From the sequence record SRR31156797_5453: a stretch of DNA of 20,000 nt. One strand, 5' to 3'. The position numbers and the translations under genes are program-made. The notes below the pieces were generated by a model. It worked only from the letters and a program-made list of their open reading frames with translations, did not search any database and was not told the origin of the DNA. Of the stretch, positions 18,045 to 20,000 are shown piece by piece. Positions within the stretch are counted from its first letter, which is position 1; each line of letters opens with the position of its first letter.

Positions 18045-18893
18045 ATGAAATTAGCCGTTGTTACTGACAGTACAGCTTATCTGCCGGAACGGATCAAAAA
18101 CCATGAAGATTTGTTTATCATACCGATCCCTGTTATTTTAGATGGAAAAGTCTACAATGAGGGCATCGACATTGAAGCTGATGAGTATTACGCTTTGTTG
18201 AAAAACAGCAAAGAATTCCCAACCACTTCTCAACCGGTATTAGGAGAAGTGTTAGCCTTATATGAGTCATTGAAAGATCGCGGTTACGACACGATCATTA
18301 GTATCCACTTATCAAGCGGTATCTCTGGATTTATCGGAACGCTTTATGGAATTACCGATGAAATCGAAGGCGTTCAAATCATTCCTTACGATTCGAAAAT
18401 CACAAGTATGCCGATGGGGCACATGGTAGAAACCGCTCTTGATCTGTCAAGTCAAGGCAAAACCGTAGAAGAGATCATTTCCCATCTGGACACTATCAGA
18501 GACAATACCTATGCCTATTTGATCGTTGACGACTTGAATAACTTGGTTCGTGGCGGTCGCTTAACCAATGGAGCAGCCTTGATTGGCGGATTATTAAAAA
18601 TCAAACCGATTTTGACCTTTGATCAAGGAAAAATTGTGCTTTACGAGCGCATTCGTTCCAGCAAAAAAGCATTCAATCGCGCGGAAGATATCATTGGTCA
18701 ACGGGAGCAAGAAATCGCATTGCCTGTTAAATTTTATGTAATCCACGCCAATAATTTAGAAGTAGCGAAAGAAGAAAAAGCGAAGCTTCAAGCGAAATAC
18801 CCAAATGCAGAAATTGAGATTGGTCACTTCGGACCAGTTATCGGCACGCATTTAGGGGAAAAAGCCATTGGCATCGCTATTTCAGCGCAATAA
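18045..18893 (+). CDS. DegV-family fatty acid-binding protein (FakB-like)
   Basis: VVTDSTAYL, PTTSQP, IHLSSGISG, L.RGGRL, LLKIKPIL, GPVIGTHLG. Start placed at ATG 18045 (RBS GAGG 18034-18037). Confidence 0.95.
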   Translation: MKLAVVTDSTAYLPERIKNHEDLFIIPIPVILDGKVYNEGIDIEADEYYALLKNSKEFPTTSQPVLGEVLALYESLKDRGYDTIISIHLSSGISGFIGTLYGITDEIEGVQIIPYDSKITSMPMGHMVETALDLSSQGKTVEEIISHLDTIRDNTYAYLIVDDLNNLVRGGRLTNGAALIGGLLKIKPILTFDQGKIVLYERIRSSKKAFNRAEDIIGQREQEIALPVKFYVIHANNLEVAKEEKAKLQAKYPNAEIEIGHFGPVIGTHLGEKAIGIAISAQ

Positions 18894-18947
18894 TTTTTAT
18901 TTTTTCTATGTTTATTCACGCCATTATCTCCTCAAGACAATGTATGT

Positions 18948-18985
18948 AAGAATCAGTTAGACGTTCGTCTAGCTGGTTCTTTTTT
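18948..18985 (+). terminator. Intrinsic terminator after the DegV gene
   Basis: AAGAATCAGTTAGAC-gttc-GTCTAGCTGGTTCTT followed by a T-run. Confidence 0.85.
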
Positions 18986-19004
18986 CTGCTTTTTTGAGAT
19001 TCGC

Positions 19005-19033
19005 TTGTAAAAAATCACACAAACTCGTACAAT
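19005..19033 (+). promoter_or_regulatory. Putative sigma-A promoter for the GNAT/TfoX pair
   Basis: TTGTAA (19005-19010)-N17-TACAAT (19028-19033). Confidence 0.7.
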
Positions 19034-19070
19034 AGGATCAAAATGAAGGACTGGCAAAGGAGGAATTGCT

Positions 19071-19613
19071 ATGAAGTGTTCCTTAAGAAGGTGGCAAATG
19101 AGCGATGCGCAAGATTTAGCCCATGCATTAAATAATCAATCCATCCACGATTATTTAATGCATGGGTTGCCATTCCCGTATACGGTCGCAGATGCACAAG
19201 CCTATATTCGATCTGTGGAAGAAGCAGAATTTGCCTTTGCAATCACTGTGGATGACCGAGCAGTCGGCAGTATCCGTGCTGTTCGCAAAGAAAATATCCA
19301 TTATAGAACGGCTGAGATTGGCTACTCTATTGCACAAGAGTACTGGGGAAAAGGTTTGATGACACAAGCCGTTCAACAACTATGTGACTATATATTTACT
19401 ACTTCAACTATCGTTCGTATTTCTGCTGAATCTTTTGCGAAGAATCATTCCTCTTGTCGTGTGTTGGAAAAGGCAGGTTTTACATTAGAAGGCGTTTTGC
19501 GAAAGCATGCGGAGAAAAACCAGCAGCTGTTCGATATGAAGCTCTATGCGTTGATTCGTCAAGAGGAAGACGGGCAGGATGACAACAATCAAAAAGGAGA
19601 AACCTATGAATGA
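19071..19613 (+). CDS. RimJ/RimL-type GNAT N-acetyltransferase
   Basis: LRRW..SDA, PFPYT, AEIGYSIAQEYWGKGLMTQAV, N.SSCRVLEKAGFTLEG.LRK. RBS AAAGGAGG. Confidence 0.92.
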   Translation: MKCSLRRWQMSDAQDLAHALNNQSIHDYLMHGLPFPYTVADAQAYIRSVEEAEFAFAITVDDRAVGSIRAVRKENIHYRTAEIGYSIAQEYWGKGLMTQAVQQLCDYIFTTSTIVRISAESFAKNHSSCRVLEKAGFTLEGVLRKHAEKNQQLFDMKLYALIRQEEDGQDDNNQKGETYE

Positions 19614-19863
19614 ACTGCAAAAGTTACCAAATGTAGGTCAAGTTTTAGCGGATCACCTGGTTCGTATCGGCATCAACACCCCTGAACAACTACGCACAAA
19701 AACGGCCGAAGAGGTTTTTCTAGCTATCCGCCAACAATGCGATACGGGCGCTTGCTTGCATATGCTCTACGGCATTGAAGGGGCGATCCAAGGCATTCCC
19801 AAAGCGCAGCTTGCAAGTGAGAGAAAGCAAGAATTGCGCCTTTTTTTCAATCGATTGAGTTAG
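19606..19863 (+). CDS. TfoX/Sxy C-terminal domain protein (HhH-like)
   Basis: MNELQKLPNVG..L...L..IGI.TPEQLR...CLHMLYGIEGAIQGI....L..ERKQEL. Start placed at ATG 19606 (RBS AAAGGAG). Overlaps the GNAT stop by 8 nt. Confidence 0.88.
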   Translation: MNELQKLPNVGQVLADHLVRIGINTPEQLRTKTAEEVFLAIRQQCDTGACLHMLYGIEGAIQGIPKAQLASERKQELRLFFNRLS

Positions 19864-20000
19864 TGAAGTTGAAGTAATGCGTCATAAAAAAGCACTTTTT
19901 AAGAGCGTTTGTTTTTAGATACTTTTTATCAAGTACTTTTTTACGACTTGTTTCCTCATTCAGCGAAGACACATTGGTCACATTGGTATTGGTTCCTGAA

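Noticed and set aside
19956-20000. Minus-strand tail FRNQYQCDQCVFAE* with a CxxC, possibly the 3' end of a convergent gene
   Set aside because: Only 14 codons are visible and another frame is also open, so it cannot be called from this window.

Overview
Chromosomal region of a Firmicute, most likely an Enterococcus (inferred from gene order and protein style). In order: the 3' part of an AraC/GyrI-type regulator with a coupled PNPOx-like gene; rqcH/fbpA and a DUF1622 gene on the minus strand; a membrane-anchored hypothetical protein; a TrpX-family ABC transporter operon; the shikimate/Phe/Tyr operon (aroE-aroF-aroB-aroC-tyrA-aroA-aroK-pheA) plus a GNAT; an LCP gene; degV/fakB; a RimJ/RimL-type GNAT; and a TfoX C-terminal-domain gene. 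No mobile element, CRISPR array or structural RNA gene was seen. The main observation is two unannotated, related leader regions, each behind a near-consensus sigma-A promoter. One lies before the Trp transporter and encodes MKLFIPLQVKSWQNWRR (Trp-rich end). The other lies before the aro operon and encodes MQKLLLTNPTQLNKYYFSYFR (Tyr/Phe-rich end). Both ORFs end AGA-TAG and are followed by a shared sequence core and the same seven-segment relay of mutually exclusive helices controlling two terminator-like hairpins in series. This points to ribosome-mediated amino-acid-sensing attenuation where a T-box riboswitch would be the usual expectation in Firmicutes. Pairings were worked out by eye; no folding or database search was run, so mechanism and novelty are unverified.
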